Positions 37,178-47,789 are shown, counted from the first letter of the stretch. The stretch: DNA of 64,000 nucleotides from Promethearchaeota archaeon (GCA_048940645.1 JBHLOI010000006.1:47316-111315); one strand, 5' to 3'. Notes: generated by a model from the sequence alone, not told the origin. Numbers and translations are program-made.

Positions 37178-38194
37178 ATGAGTATGATCAATTATATCTT
37201 CAAAAGAGTTCTAAGTATGATACCAGTGTTATTTGGCGCTTTACTTCTAACATTTGTTCTTTCTAGAGCCATGCCCGGTGATCCGGTTTCAGCGTACCTC
37301 CCTGCCAGAGCCACTCCTGAACAATATTGGGAAGCATACTATGCATATGGATTTCATCTTCCCATCTGGCAACAATTCTTTATATACCTTGGGAATATAT
37401 TCACAGGAAATTGGGGTAATTCTATAAATGTTGCTAAAGGTGTACCAGTTTGGGATTTAATTTGGGAGCGACTACCCAGAACAATAGATATTACTCTCTT
37501 CTCGATGATTATTGCTGCATTTATAGGAATTAAAACTGGAGTAATTTCAGCAAAGCATCGAAATAAATGGAGGGATACGGTTTTTAGAGGTACAGCCCTT
37601 ATTGGTGTATCAATCCCTGTTTTTTGGTTAGGGTTATTATTGCAATATTTTATCTCTTATCAATTGGGTTGGTTACCTAATATGCACTTTAAAGATGCTG
37701 GATATCCAGATCCTCCTGTAGTTACGGGTTTTAGAATAATTGATTCGTTAATATCAGGACAGTGGTACTTAGTAGGGGATTATTTAGTCCACCTAGCGCT
37801 ACCAGTCTTCTCTTTATCGTTTATTTTTCTCGCATCAATTACACGGCAAACTCGATCAAGTATGCTTGAAGTTCTTCAACAAGATTATATAAGAACTGCT
37901 CGTGCAAAAGGGTGTAAAGAAAAAGATGTAATTAAGAAGCATGCTCGGAAGAACGCATTAATACCAACTATAACAATCATTGGATTAAACGTCGGAGGGT
38001 TATTAGGCGGAGCATTTTTAACAGAAACAACTTTTAATTTATTTGGAGTAGGTAATCTTTTGTTAGAGGCTATTACAGGTAATGATTATAATACCCTTAA
38101 TGCGATTGTAGTTATGACAACGTTAGTTTTTATTATTGTGAATTTATTTGTGGATATAATTTACGCCTATTTAGATCCTCGAATAAAATATTAA
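37178..38194 (+). CDS. dppB: Peptide ABC permease
   Basis: MPGDP, SIPVFWLG, EAA loop QDYIRTARAKG; GGGTGA SD upstream. Confidence 0.93.
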   Translation: MSMINYIFKRVLSMIPVLFGALLLTFVLSRAMPGDPVSAYLPARATPEQYWEAYYAYGFHLPIWQQFFIYLGNIFTGNWGNSINVAKGVPVWDLIWERLPRTIDITLFSMIIAAFIGIKTGVISAKHRNKWRDTVFRGTALIGVSIPVFWLGLLLQYFISYQLGWLPNMHFKDAGYPDPPVVTGFRIIDSLISGQWYLVGDYLVHLALPVFSLSFIFLASITRQTRSSMLEVLQQDYIRTARAKGCKEKDVIKKHARKNALIPTITIIGLNVGGLLGGAFLTETTFNLFGVGNLLLEAITGNDYNTLNAIVVMTTLVFIIVNLFVDIIYAYLDPRIKY

Positions 38195-38212
38195 ATTTTA
38201 TAATTCAAAAAG

Positions 38213-39235
38213 GTGAAAAGAATAATGAAACAAGAAGTAAGTCTAGAAGAATTAGAGGGAGAGCTAGAACCTGAAGAAGAGAAAAGCGCTAGTAAAGCTG
38301 TTTTTAGTTGGTTCTTCAAAAATATTAAGTTTCTTCTTATTCCTGCTTCGAGGTTAGAAGAACTTACGATTCGAGAACGCGAATATGAAAAAACTGTAAG
38401 TAAAAGAAGATTTCTTAAAAGATTGAAATCGACATTAACAGTTGTTGGAATTATTCTGGTGCTTTATGTCATAACTCTAGCCATATTTGGCCCTTGGATT
38501 TCTCCATATACTTTTGAACAAGCTGACGCTGTATATGGTGTATATTGGACACCACCTTCTCCAAATCATCCTTTAGGAACCACCTATATGGGACGGGACG
38601 TATATGCAAGAATGATATATGGAGCCAGAGCTTCATTAACTATGGCCTTACCCGCAATAGGAGTAAGCCTTGGTGCGGGTATTATTCTTGGAGTAATATC
38701 TGCTTATCAAGGTGGTTGGGTCGATACGCTAATTATGAGGATTTTTGATGTTATGCTTGCCTTCCCTGCGTTAATCTTTGCTATCGTTATAGTATCAATC
38801 TTTGGAAGACAATTGAATAATATTATTATGGCTTATGGTATTCTTGGAATTCCTTATTATTCACGATTAATAAGGGGAAATGTATTACAGGCAAAAGAAT
38901 TGCCATATGTACAAGCGGCAAAGGTAGCTGGTGCGAAAAACTGGAGAATCATGTTTAAACATATTTTACCAAATACCATCCAACCAATAATTATATCATT
39001 TACATTGGATATCGGAGGAGTTATCTTAAGTTTTGCTGGTCTTGCATTTCTGGGTTATAGTGATCCAGATTTAATAGAATGGGGAAGAGATATTAATTTA
39101 GCTCGGGGTCATATTTTATCAGCACCATGGGCATCACTTTGGCCAGGAGTGATGATTATCATCACAGTGCTAGGGTTCATGTTACTAGGAGATGGGTTAC
39201 GAGATGCTCTCGATCCAAGATTGAAGAATTTATAA
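38213..39235 (+). CDS. dppC: Peptide ABC permease
   Basis: HPLGT..GRDVYARMIYGAR, YVQAAKVAGA, LLGDGLRDALDPR. Confidence 0.93.
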   Translation: MKRIMKQEVSLEELEGELEPEEEKSASKAVFSWFFKNIKFLLIPASRLEELTIREREYEKTVSKRRFLKRLKSTLTVVGIILVLYVITLAIFGPWISPYTFEQADAVYGVYWTPPSPNHPLGTTYMGRDVYARMIYGARASLTMALPAIGVSLGAGIILGVISAYQGGWVDTLIMRIFDVMLAFPALIFAIVIVSIFGRQLNNIIMAYGILGIPYYSRLIRGNVLQAKELPYVQAAKVAGAKNWRIMFKHILPNTIQPIIISFTLDIGGVILSFAGLAFLGYSDPDLIEWGRDINLARGHILSAPWASLWPGVMIIITVLGFMLLGDGLRDALDPRLKNL

Positions 39236-39289
39236 TTTTTTATTTTTTTTAAAAAAATACAATTAGATTAAGATTGATGATTAAGAATA

Positions 39290-40537
39290 ATGGAAAATGT
39301 AGAAGAAAAACAAGTGTTTAAAGAAGAGGTATCATCAATAAAAAAAGAGACAAAGAAACTACTTGAGGTTAAAAATCTAAAAACCTACTTTTACACCGAA
39401 GAGGGTGTTGTAAAAGCGGTAGATGGTGTTTCTTTTGATATGTATGAGGATGAAGTCCTCGGTTTGGTAGGTGAAACAGGTTGTGGAAAATCGGTTACGG
39501 CACTCTCCATTATAGGCCTTGTAAGGGAACCAGGAAAGATAATTGACGGATCTATAAAGCTTAAAGGTGTAGATCTACTGGATCTAGAAGAAAAAAGAAT
39601 GAGGGATCATAGAGGCAAAGATATTACTATGATCTTCCAAGATCCTTTAAATTCACTAAATCCAGTTATGTCAGCTGGAGTACAAATCGGAGAAGTCTTT
39701 TTACTTCATCAAGAAGATGAACTTAGGAGATTTCTGGATGAAAGAATTCTAGAAAGGAAACAGATAATTGAAGAACGTAAAGAATTAATGGAAGCATTAA
39801 AGGATAAAGAATTATCAGAAGATCAAAAAGAGGATATTAAACTTAAAATTAAAGAAGTTAAAGAAAAGCAACCCAAAATACCAAACCTAAAAGATGTATT
39901 AAATGATAAAGTAGAAAAAATCATTAAAGAAGTGGGTATTGCAGATGCGAAGGGAATATTAAAAAGATATCCACATGAACTTAGCGGTGGAATGAGACAA
40001 CGCATAATGATTGCTATGGCGCTCTCTTGCGAACCGATGTTATTAATTGCTGATGAACCAACAACTGCTTTAGATGTTACCATTCAGGCTCAAATTTTAG
40101 ATTTGATGAAAGATTTAAAAAATAAATTTAATACTTCTATACTGATGATTACTCACGATTTAGGAATTATTGCAGATTTATGCGATAGAGTCGCAGTGAT
40201 GTATAGTGGTAATATAGTTGAGTATGCTACTGCAGAACGCTTATTTAAAAACCCTCGGCATCCATATACACAAGGATTAATTGGAGCAATTCCTAGTATT
40301 GAAAAAAAAGACCAAAAGTTAAGGGTTATTCGCGGTATGGTTCCTAATTTAATATTTCCTCCATCAGGGTGTAGATTTCATCCTAGATGTAATCATAGAA
40401 TGGAAATATGTGATAAAATAAAACCGAAACTGAATGAAATTGGTGAAAGATATTTTGTAGCATGTCATCTTTTTGATCCAAAATATCAGGATTCACCCAA
40501 ATATGATTGGAGTAAAGACAATATTGAAATTCCATAA
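39290..40537 (+). CDS. dppD: Peptide ABC ATPase with charged helical insertion
   Basis: GETGCGKS, YPHELSGGMRQR, IADEPTTALD, GCRFHPRC...VACH. Confidence 0.93.
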   Translation: MENVEEKQVFKEEVSSIKKETKKLLEVKNLKTYFYTEEGVVKAVDGVSFDMYEDEVLGLVGETGCGKSVTALSIIGLVREPGKIIDGSIKLKGVDLLDLEEKRMRDHRGKDITMIFQDPLNSLNPVMSAGVQIGEVFLLHQEDELRRFLDERILERKQIIEERKELMEALKDKELSEDQKEDIKLKIKEVKEKQPKIPNLKDVLNDKVEKIIKEVGIADAKGILKRYPHELSGGMRQRIMIAMALSCEPMLLIADEPTTALDVTIQAQILDLMKDLKNKFNTSILMITHDLGIIADLCDRVAVMYSGNIVEYATAERLFKNPRHPYTQGLIGAIPSIEKKDQKLRVIRGMVPNLIFPPSGCRFHPRCNHRMEICDKIKPKLNEIGERYFVACHLFDPKYQDSPKYDWSKDNIEIP

Positions 40538-40584
40538 AAATTAATTTAATATATAACATAATAAAGAAGGTAAGGAAGAAGAAT

Positions 40585-41724
40585 ATGACAGTAGCTGAGG
40601 AGAAAATAGAAACTTCCACAAGTAGCAGAAAGGTCATCTTATCAGTAAGGGATCTTAAAACCTATTATCCAATATACGGTGGGCTTTTTAAGAGAAGAAT
40701 TGCAGATGTTAAAGCAGTTGATGGAGTTACCTTTAATATGTACGAGGGTGAGACTCTAGGTATAGTCGGAGAAAGCGGATGCGGTAAAACTTCAATAGGA
40801 AATACTATTTTAAACTTAGTTAAGCCTACAGACGGAGAAGTCATTTATCGAAATAAAAAACTAATTATTTCTAAAAAGCTACATAAAAAACAAATGAAAG
40901 AAAAGGTAAAACCTAAAGTAAGGCTAACTAAATTACAAAAAAAAGAAGCTAGAGCGATTGAATATACCACGGAGATTCGGAAAAAAATTCAAATGGTATT
41001 CCAAGATCCAGATTCATCTTTAAATCCTCGTTGGAAAATTGTAAATATTATCGGTGAACCACTTAGAATATTAGAGGGAATGAAAAAAAGAAATAGAATT
41101 CGCGCTAGGGTTCTTGAATTATTAGAAACTGTCTCAATGAAAGCGGAGCACTTAGATCGGTATCCTCACGAATTTTCAGGAGGTCAAAAACAAAGAATAG
41201 TTATTGCTAGAGCTCTTGCCTGTAATCCTGATATAATGATTTTAGATGAACCAACTTCTGCCTTAGACGTATCAGTTCAAGCACAAATATTAAACCTTTT
41301 AAGAGATCTTCAATCTCAATTCAATTTATCTTATATGTTTATAACCCATGATTTAAGTGTAGTGCATCATATAGCTGATAGAATTGCTGTTATGTATTTA
41401 GGTAAATTTGTTGAGAGAGGTCCTATAGAAAAAGTTTTCTATCATCCTGTCCATCCATACACAAAAGCTTTATTATCAGCACGCCCAACCTTTGATCCTA
41501 CTTCAAGAATAACTAGGATAATCTTAGAAGGTGATGTACCAAGTCCTATTAACCCTCCCGAGGGATGTGCTTTTAATCCTAGATGTTATGAAAAAGGTAA
41601 GCATATAGGGTGCGGGAAGGAGGATCCTGTTGAGATCAAGATAAGCGAAGATCATTATATCATGTGCAGACCGTTTATCAAAGAAGAAAAATCTTATGAA
41701 GGAATGGAATATATTTCTGATTAA
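40585..41724 (+). CDS. dppF: Peptide ABC ATPase with basic insertion
   Basis: GESGCGKT, YPHEFSGGQKQR, LDEPTSALD, GCAFNPRC. Confidence 0.93.
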   Translation: MTVAEEKIETSTSSRKVILSVRDLKTYYPIYGGLFKRRIADVKAVDGVTFNMYEGETLGIVGESGCGKTSIGNTILNLVKPTDGEVIYRNKKLIISKKLHKKQMKEKVKPKVRLTKLQKKEARAIEYTTEIRKKIQMVFQDPDSSLNPRWKIVNIIGEPLRILEGMKKRNRIRARVLELLETVSMKAEHLDRYPHEFSGGQKQRIVIARALACNPDIMILDEPTSALDVSVQAQILNLLRDLQSQFNLSYMFITHDLSVVHHIADRIAVMYLGKFVERGPIEKVFYHPVHPYTKALLSARPTFDPTSRITRIILEGDVPSPINPPEGCAFNPRCYEKGKHIGCGKEDPVEIKISEDHYIMCRPFIKEEKSYEGMEYISD

Positions 41725-41848
41725 AATTTTATAATTTTTTAACTACTTTTTTTAATTATTATTTAACCTTTTATCAATAATCCTTTCTCTGAAGAGACCA
41801 ATTTCGTTTTTAATAAAGAAATTAAACAATCAAAAATTAGAAATCAAA

Positions 41849-43021
41849 ATGATTAGAAATAAATCTCAAATTTTTGTAATTAAGACTTCTCCAAAGACAA
41901 TTTTTGAAGATTATAAAAAATTAATGCATCTTACGGAATATCAAAATTATTACTCCAAAAAAAATAAAATCATCATCAAGCTTAATTTAAGCTGGTCGAA
42001 ATTTTTTCCAGCATGTTCAAGTCCTCCTTGGCAAGTAGAGGGTGTTTTGAAAACCATGATTGAGGATGGTTATGATCCTAAAAAATTATTTACAGCAGAA
42101 AATAGAACTGTAGTTACAAATATTGAAAAAGGTTTAAAAGGAAATTGTTGGTGGCCAATCATAAGGAAGTATAATGCATGGTTTATACCCCTAACGCGTA
42201 TTAATTTTGTTCCTTACGAATCACTGAGAAATAAATTCTTGAATTTAAAAAACCAGAAATTACTTGCTTTAGATTCTAAAATATTTCCTGAAGGATTTAA
42301 AATACCGAAATTTTATATCGGGAAATCTATTATTCATCTTCCAACGATGAAAACACATGGACATACTGGTGCTGTGGGAGGATCATTAGAGCATACCAAA
42401 AGTGAAATGAAGCATGGGGGAATTACCTGTGCTATGAAGAATGCTTTTGGTGGATTACTAACAAAAAGAAGGCATTTCTCCCACCAATATATGAGTGAAG
42501 TTCTTGTTGATTTACTAATAATCCAAAAACAAATACACCCAAATATTATATCTATAGTTGATGGTACTGTTTGCGGAGATGGAGCTGGACCAAGGACTAT
42601 GATACCAAAAATTAAGAACATTTTACTCGCTGGATATGATCAAGTGGCTGTAGATACAGTTGTTTCTAAAATGATGGGTTTTGATCCATTAAGATTACCT
42701 GCTATAAAACTAGCTCATGATATGGGATTAGGGTGCGGTGATTTCGATCAAATTGAATTAGTAGGTGAAGATGTTTCAAACATCAATTGGAAATTTGATG
42801 TAAAGAGAAGCTTAGTAATTTGGGGCGACCAAATGGTTAGAAAAGGACCTTTACAATTCATGTATCCATTGTTTAAGAGTGATCTTTTTTTTATGGGACC
42901 AATCATGGCATCTATGATATTCCATGATATGTTTTGGTATCCAACAATAGGAAAACGTAGGATTAAAAAATTTATGCTAACAGAATGGGGAAAATTATTT
43001 AGAAGTTATCAATCTATTTAA
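41849..43021 (+). CDS. DUF362-family protein (putative Fe-S binding)
   Basis: IIKLNLSW, HLPTMKTHGH, TCAMKNAFGG, VDGTVCGDGAGP, DQVAVD. Confidence 0.85.
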   Translation: MIRNKSQIFVIKTSPKTIFEDYKKLMHLTEYQNYYSKKNKIIIKLNLSWSKFFPACSSPPWQVEGVLKTMIEDGYDPKKLFTAENRTVVTNIEKGLKGNCWWPIIRKYNAWFIPLTRINFVPYESLRNKFLNLKNQKLLALDSKIFPEGFKIPKFYIGKSIIHLPTMKTHGHTGAVGGSLEHTKSEMKHGGITCAMKNAFGGLLTKRRHFSHQYMSEVLVDLLIIQKQIHPNIISIVDGTVCGDGAGPRTMIPKIKNILLAGYDQVAVDTVVSKMMGFDPLRLPAIKLAHDMGLGCGDFDQIELVGEDVSNINWKFDVKRSLVIWGDQMVRKGPLQFMYPLFKSDLFFMGPIMASMIFHDMFWYPTIGKRRIKKFMLTEWGKLFRSYQSI

Positions 43022-43814
43022 ACTCTTCAATATTTACGCTATCGATAACATCTTCAATTTCTTTAAAGATCTTGAATTGTTTACTTTCTTTATCTATTCT
43101 AAAATGGACTAAAAATTCTATTGAACCCCCCTTACCTAAAATTGGAGATTTGGTTATCCCATAAGGAAAAAAGCCATTTTCAGAACTCCAGTATAGAAAA
43201 TCATGTAAGATTTCTTTAAGTCTTTGAATATTCGTTATTATTTTAAAAAATTTTTTTTCATAAAAATTTGTTTCAAAAAGTGGTTTAACTAAAACAATAA
43301 TATCTCCAGTACTTTTTAAATAATATTTAACATTTGGTAGAATTGTTTTTAATGAAGCAAACGTAATATCTATGGTTACGATATCAATTTTTTCATCCAA
43401 TTCTATCAATGATCGTGCATCAACTCCTAACAATTTGATAATAATGGATGATTTACTTTTCAATGATGGATGTAGAATATTTTTTGCTGTATCGATAGCA
43501 TAGACTTTTAATGCTTTATTCTTTATGAGACAATCGGTAAATCCCCCAATAGAAGCTCCTATATCAGCACATACCTTATTTTTCACTATTATTGCAAATT
43601 TCTTTAGCGCTGCTTCTAATTTTAACCCACCACGCCCTACATACGGAAATTCCTTTTTCAAAACAATAATAGCCTTACTATCTACCTTTTTTCCCGGTTT
43701 TTTTAGTACAACTCCATCTACAAATACAAAACCGCTTTTTATTAACCACTGGGCTTTTACTCTACTCTCTACTAATTCTCTTTCAACTAAAATAAAATCA
43801 ATACGCTCTTTCAT
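43014..43814 (-). CDS. tlyA: TlyA-family S4-domain RNA 2'-O-methyltransferase
   Basis: KERID.ILVER S4 domain, YVGRGGLKL, DIGASIGGFTDCL, LVKPLFE, SPILGKGG.IEF. Confidence 0.9.
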   Translation of the reverse strand: MKERIDFILVERELVESRVKAQWLIKSGFVFVDGVVLKKPGKKVDSKAIIVLKKEFPYVGRGGLKLEAALKKFAIIVKNKVCADIGASIGGFTDCLIKNKALKVYAIDTAKNILHPSLKSKSSIIIKLLGVDARSLIELDEKIDIVTIDITFASLKTILPNVKYYLKSTGDIIVLVKPLFETNFYEKKFFKIITNIQRLKEILHDFLYWSSENGFFPYGITKSPILGKGGSIEFLVHFRIDKESKQFKIFKEIEDVIDSVNIEEFK

Positions 43815-43889
43815 AAATCAATTTAATTAATATCAAGATGTTAAATTTTAAGATTATCCCTTGTTTTTTAAGGTTTTTAACTAAAAATT

Positions 43890-44957
43890 TTATAATCTCT
43901 CTGCTAAGGCTCTACTTAACCTTCCGATCTGTATCTTTATCGAAAAATGTGGCCCGATCTTAATATGAATAATTCTCAGTAAAATGCCAAGTGAAAAGAG
44001 AGTGATTGAAATATACATCAAGAGATATATATGCTGTAAGCTGTTTTGAAAAATAAAAAATAACACATTATGAAGTAGATAAATCGAAAGAGAATAGTAC
44101 GAGAAATAATAAAGAAATTTATAGTTTTTCTTAAAACGAAATACCTCAATCTCCTCAATAAAAATCAGAGAAGATATTAATATTAGTTGAATACCTAATG
44201 AATAAACTAACCAAGAAAATGTTCGATGGTGTAAGAAATTAGGAAATCGAAAGAATATCCCAAAAATAATCAATATTATACCAAATATTAATCCTGGAAT
44301 CAGTAATTTCTTCTTCAAAATAAACTTTCTCTCCTTCGGATCCTCAATTAAATAAATTTCAAAAATTATTTCTCCGATAACTGTTCCAATTATAAAAAAT
44401 GTGAAGAATGATAAAATAGGATCTAATCCTAATCTATTATATAGGAGATGATTAAGGAAGCCAAGAAAATTCATTTGTCCACTAAAATTCGATAGATAAC
44501 TCATTAAAAATAGATTCATGACCCATAGAACTAAACCTAAATATATTCTGAAGCGTTTACTGGTTTTCAATAAGGGCCACCCCAAAAATAACGACACAGA
44601 AACAGTTAATAAAATAAACCATGTCCAAATATCTGCAGGATTATTCAACTTTATAGAAATAAGAGCATTATATATCAAAGCAATTATAAATATAATGAAT
44701 GTACGAAGAAAATACGCCCTCTTATATAATTTCATGCCATTTATTTCACTATCCTGAATATTCTTTTTATAGGACAATGCAGTACTTACTCCAGCAATAA
44801 ACAAAAATGCTCCTGAACCTAATGGGTCTCCTATTGAACGAAGTGTATTGAAAAACCAAAGTTCCTCATTTAGTATCCACCACTCGGTCAAATGACCGAT
44901 TATCATCCAAATTATGCTTATTCCCCGAAGAGTATCGATCGTTTTAAATCTCTTCAT
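43890..44957 (-). CDS. DUF1624 / HGSNAT-like membrane acyltransferase
   Basis: RFKTIDTLRGISIIWMIIGH, FLFIAGVS, SLSIYLLH; ~10 TM. Confidence 0.82.
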   Translation of the reverse strand: MKRFKTIDTLRGISIIWMIIGHLTEWWILNEELWFFNTLRSIGDPLGSGAFLFIAGVSTALSYKKNIQDSEINGMKLYKRAYFLRTFIIFIIALIYNALISIKLNNPADIWTWFILLTVSVSLFLGWPLLKTSKRFRIYLGLVLWVMNLFLMSYLSNFSGQMNFLGFLNHLLYNRLGLDPILSFFTFFIIGTVIGEIIFEIYLIEDPKERKFILKKKLLIPGLIFGIILIIFGIFFRFPNFLHHRTFSWLVYSLGIQLILISSLIFIEEIEVFRFKKNYKFLYYFSYYSLSIYLLHNVLFFIFQNSLQHIYLLMYISITLFSLGILLRIIHIKIGPHFSIKIQIGRLSRALAERL

Positions 44958-45048
44958 TCCAAAACTGATTAATTAGTTTAAAATCTAACAAAAAAATGGT
45001 AACTAAATCTTATTCTTAAGTTTAAAAAAACAAATAAAAACTTATTAA

Positions 45049-45933
45049 TTAATTTTTGTTTTTCGAAAGACAAGAATTTTCTTTTATAATCTTTGTTGAT
45101 TCGGTTAAGGATAATTCTCCATTTAATAACCTTTTTGCTGTAGCTTCTAATGAAAGGCCATATCCATTATTCTTTTCAAATTTAAAATCCTTCCATTTCT
45201 CAATCTTTAATCTTTTTGTCTTAATTTTATTAAAGAAAGTTTCATAATTAACGAGATTTACCTCTATCCCTTCTCGCAAAGATATAATCAATGCGGCTAT
45301 CTCATCTTTAGATAATTTTGCCTTTCTTTTATTATATATTTTTATTTTTGATGACTTATGTTCGTCAATTAAAAAAATTCTTATAAATTTTCTGTTTTTA
45401 TAAATATTAAATATAAGTTTCACTAAATTATGAGTTACTGAAATAACACCTATCCCAAATTTGAAATTTAACGTTAAATTGTCATTTTTACTTCCAAAAT
45501 ATGCTATATATTCTTCTAAAATACGTATAAAGGCTAACTCTTTGAAACAACAATAAGAATCTAAAAAATAATCATCTAGAAAAATCATTAAACCTATTTT
45601 TTTACCAGGATCAATTGAAAATGTAAGAGAGGAATAAATCTCTTTATATCCAACTCTATAAGAAGATAATACTTCTAAAAGATAATTTTCAAACTTTTGA
45701 GTATCTGAATATGCTAAAATTATAGTTTTATTGTTTACTCTTACTACTCTATTAAGCTCTCTACTTGTAGTAAGGATTATTGAGGGAGCGTTTGGTAACT
45801 TATTTCCGATATTCAAAATTTTAAATTGGATTTTTTTCTCTTGTAATGCCTTGTTTAATCTAAAAAAAAAATTCAAATTTTCTGTGAATATATATAAAGG
45901 TAATTTTCTCAAATTAATTATATAAATTAACAA
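45049..45933 (-). CDS. Conserved archaeal protein with a YqgF/RuvX-like RNase H-fold domain (start uncertain; alternative TTG at 45912)
   Basis: FSIDPGKKIGL, IFLIDEHKSS and KDEIAALII match the YqgF D / DE..SS / D..AA..I pattern. Confidence 0.6.
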   Translation of the reverse strand: MLIYIINLRKLPLYIFTENLNFFFRLNKALQEKKIQFKILNIGNKLPNAPSIILTTSRELNRVVRVNNKTIILAYSDTQKFENYLLEVLSSYRVGYKEIYSSLTFSIDPGKKIGLMIFLDDYFLDSYCCFKELAFIRILEEYIAYFGSKNDNLTLNFKFGIGVISVTHNLVKLIFNIYKNRKFIRIFLIDEHKSSKIKIYNKRKAKLSKDEIAALIISLREGIEVNLVNYETFFNKIKTKRLKIEKWKDFKFEKNNGYGLSLEATAKRLLNGELSLTESTKIIKENSCLSKNKN

Positions 45934-45954
45934 TTGATTTAATAATTTATAATA

Positions 45955-46647
45955 ATGGATTTCTTAATAAAACCCTTTAACGAGTTATTTAATTATATTT
46001 TTCCAATTAAAGGAATAGTTTCTGTCTGGGGTGATTTTGGAGTTGGAAAAACCACCTTTTCACTACAAAAAGCTATAAATTATGCATCAGAAAAAAAAAA
46101 AATAATTTATATTTATACAAAACCTAATTTTCCTTTTGAGAAGATAAATAATATTGTCCAAAAATCAGTGAGAAATACCTTGGATAACATAATTTTTATT
46201 AAATCTTTAAATTTTGAAGATCTGTATTCCTTAGTTTTCAATTTAGAATTTATAGTGATAGATAGTTATAAAAAACCTAATAACATTATAGATTTAATAA
46301 TTATCGATTCTATAACCGATTTATACCGGTTGGAGCTGAACAGAGAAAGTAAAGAAAAAAATTTTTTATTGAATTATAAATTAAACCAGATTTTAGCAAA
46401 TTTATTTTTTTTAAATAAGAAATACCACATTAATATTCTAGTTGTAAATTCTCAAACTAATATTAATCAAAACGGGCAATTAATTGAAGTTCAAAGTGGT
46501 GGTAAGGTCATGGATTATTGGATTGACAATTCGCTCAAAATTTTGCGAACAAACAAATTAACTTGTCGGAAATTTGTCTTTAAAATTAAGAACAATAAGA
46601 AAGTAATCGAATCTTTAACAACTCTCACACAAGATGGATTTATTTAA
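45955..46647 (+). CDS. RadB-like RecA-superfamily ATPase paralog
   Basis: VWGDFGVGKTT Walker A, LIIIDSITDLYRLE Walker B, VVNSQ, GGKVMDYW. Confidence 0.8.
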   Translation: MDFLIKPFNELFNYIFPIKGIVSVWGDFGVGKTTFSLQKAINYASEKKKIIYIYTKPNFPFEKINNIVQKSVRNTLDNIIFIKSLNFEDLYSLVFNLEFIVIDSYKKPNNIIDLIIIDSITDLYRLELNRESKEKNFLLNYKLNQILANLFFLNKKYHINILVVNSQTNINQNGQLIEVQSGGKVMDYWIDNSLKILRTNKLTCRKFVFKIKNNKKVIESLTTLTQDGFI

Positions 46648-46796
46648 ATAAGTTTTTAAAAAAATTATTATTTGGTTTCTGTTTAAGTTAGATTAATTCT
46701 CATTATAATATTGATTACTTATAAAAAATTATCTATAATTTTTCATTAATATAATTGAAGAATTTAAAAAATAATTAAAAAATTAATTTTTTACAT

Positions 46797-47789
46797 ATGA
46801 ATGCTAAAACTGAGAAAATAAAGCTATCTAGATGGTTAGAGAGATATATACCTCACTCCTTTCCAAATAAAATAGAAATAATTGAAATTATTGAAACCAT
46901 TGCTGAAGCCACGATACCTATTCGTGGTTTATTAGAAAGAGGGATAACATCTCGTGAAATAGAACATAGAATGAATATTGAAAAACCTCTTTATGATTCC
47001 AAAAATATTTTTGAAGAAACTCAAATTCATGAAGATATATTAACTCATAGTATAATCTTAAAAGCTTTAAATGAAGGAAATGTAGGTTTTTCTTTTATTG
47101 CATCTGAGGAGTCAGAACCTGTGTTAGGGGATGGAATTTTTGGAATTACTATTGATCCTGTTGATGGCTCTTCTAATGTTGCTGTCAATAGAACAGTTGG
47201 AACTATAGTAGGAATTTATAATGAATCAGGGAAAATAATATGCGGGTTTTATGTACTGTATGGAATCTTTACCAATCTTGTTTTAGCTATTAATGGTAAA
47301 GTTGTTGAATTTATTTTGGATACTTCGCCTTATAGTATGACTTTCTATCATTATGTGTTTCAAGAGTTAAAAACCATGCCAAATAAAGAAGAGGGATGTA
47401 TTAGGTGTATTGGAGGAGATTTTACACGGTGGATTGATAAATACAAAAATTATGAGAAATTATTAATGAATAAACGCTTCAAAGATCGTTATAGTGGTAG
47501 CTTTGTGGGAGACTTTCATGCAATCGTTAATTATGGAGGTATATATGCATATTTTCCCTCTCCAAATCCAAAGATTAGAGTTTATTATGAATGGTTACCA
47601 TTGGCTTTTATCATAAAATCTCTTAAAGGAGAATTTATAGCTTTGGAATATTTAAATAAAAAAGAGAAAATAAAACATATAGAGGATTTTGAACCTTTAA
47701 AGAGAACTAATGTTCAAAAAATTCATTCTCTTACGTATGGTGGAATTTTGGGGAGTAAAAAAGCGGTAGATCTATATTATATGCTTTAA
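46797..47789 (+). CDS. fbp: Class I fructose-1,6-bisphosphatase
   Basis: IASEE, IDPVDGSSN, RYSGSFVGDFH, GGIYAY, KIRVYYEWLPLAF. Confidence 0.85.
   Translation: MNAKTEKIKLSRWLERYIPHSFPNKIEIIEIIETIAEATIPIRGLLERGITSREIEHRMNIEKPLYDSKNIFEETQIHEDILTHSIILKALNEGNVGFSFIASEESEPVLGDGIFGITIDPVDGSSNVAVNRTVGTIVGIYNESGKIICGFYVLYGIFTNLVLAINGKVVEFILDTSPYSMTFYHYVFQELKTMPNKEEGCIRCIGGDFTRWIDKYKNYEKLLMNKRFKDRYSGSFVGDFHAIVNYGGIYAYFPSPNPKIRVYYEWLPLAFIIKSLKGEFIALEYLNKKEKIKHIEDFEPLKRTNVQKIHSLTYGGILGSKKAVDLYYML

Noticed and set aside
45049-45933. IDPG RNase H motif as TnpB, Cas12 or transposase
   Set aside because: No zinc finger, terminal repeats or array; motif spacing fits YqgF-like proteins
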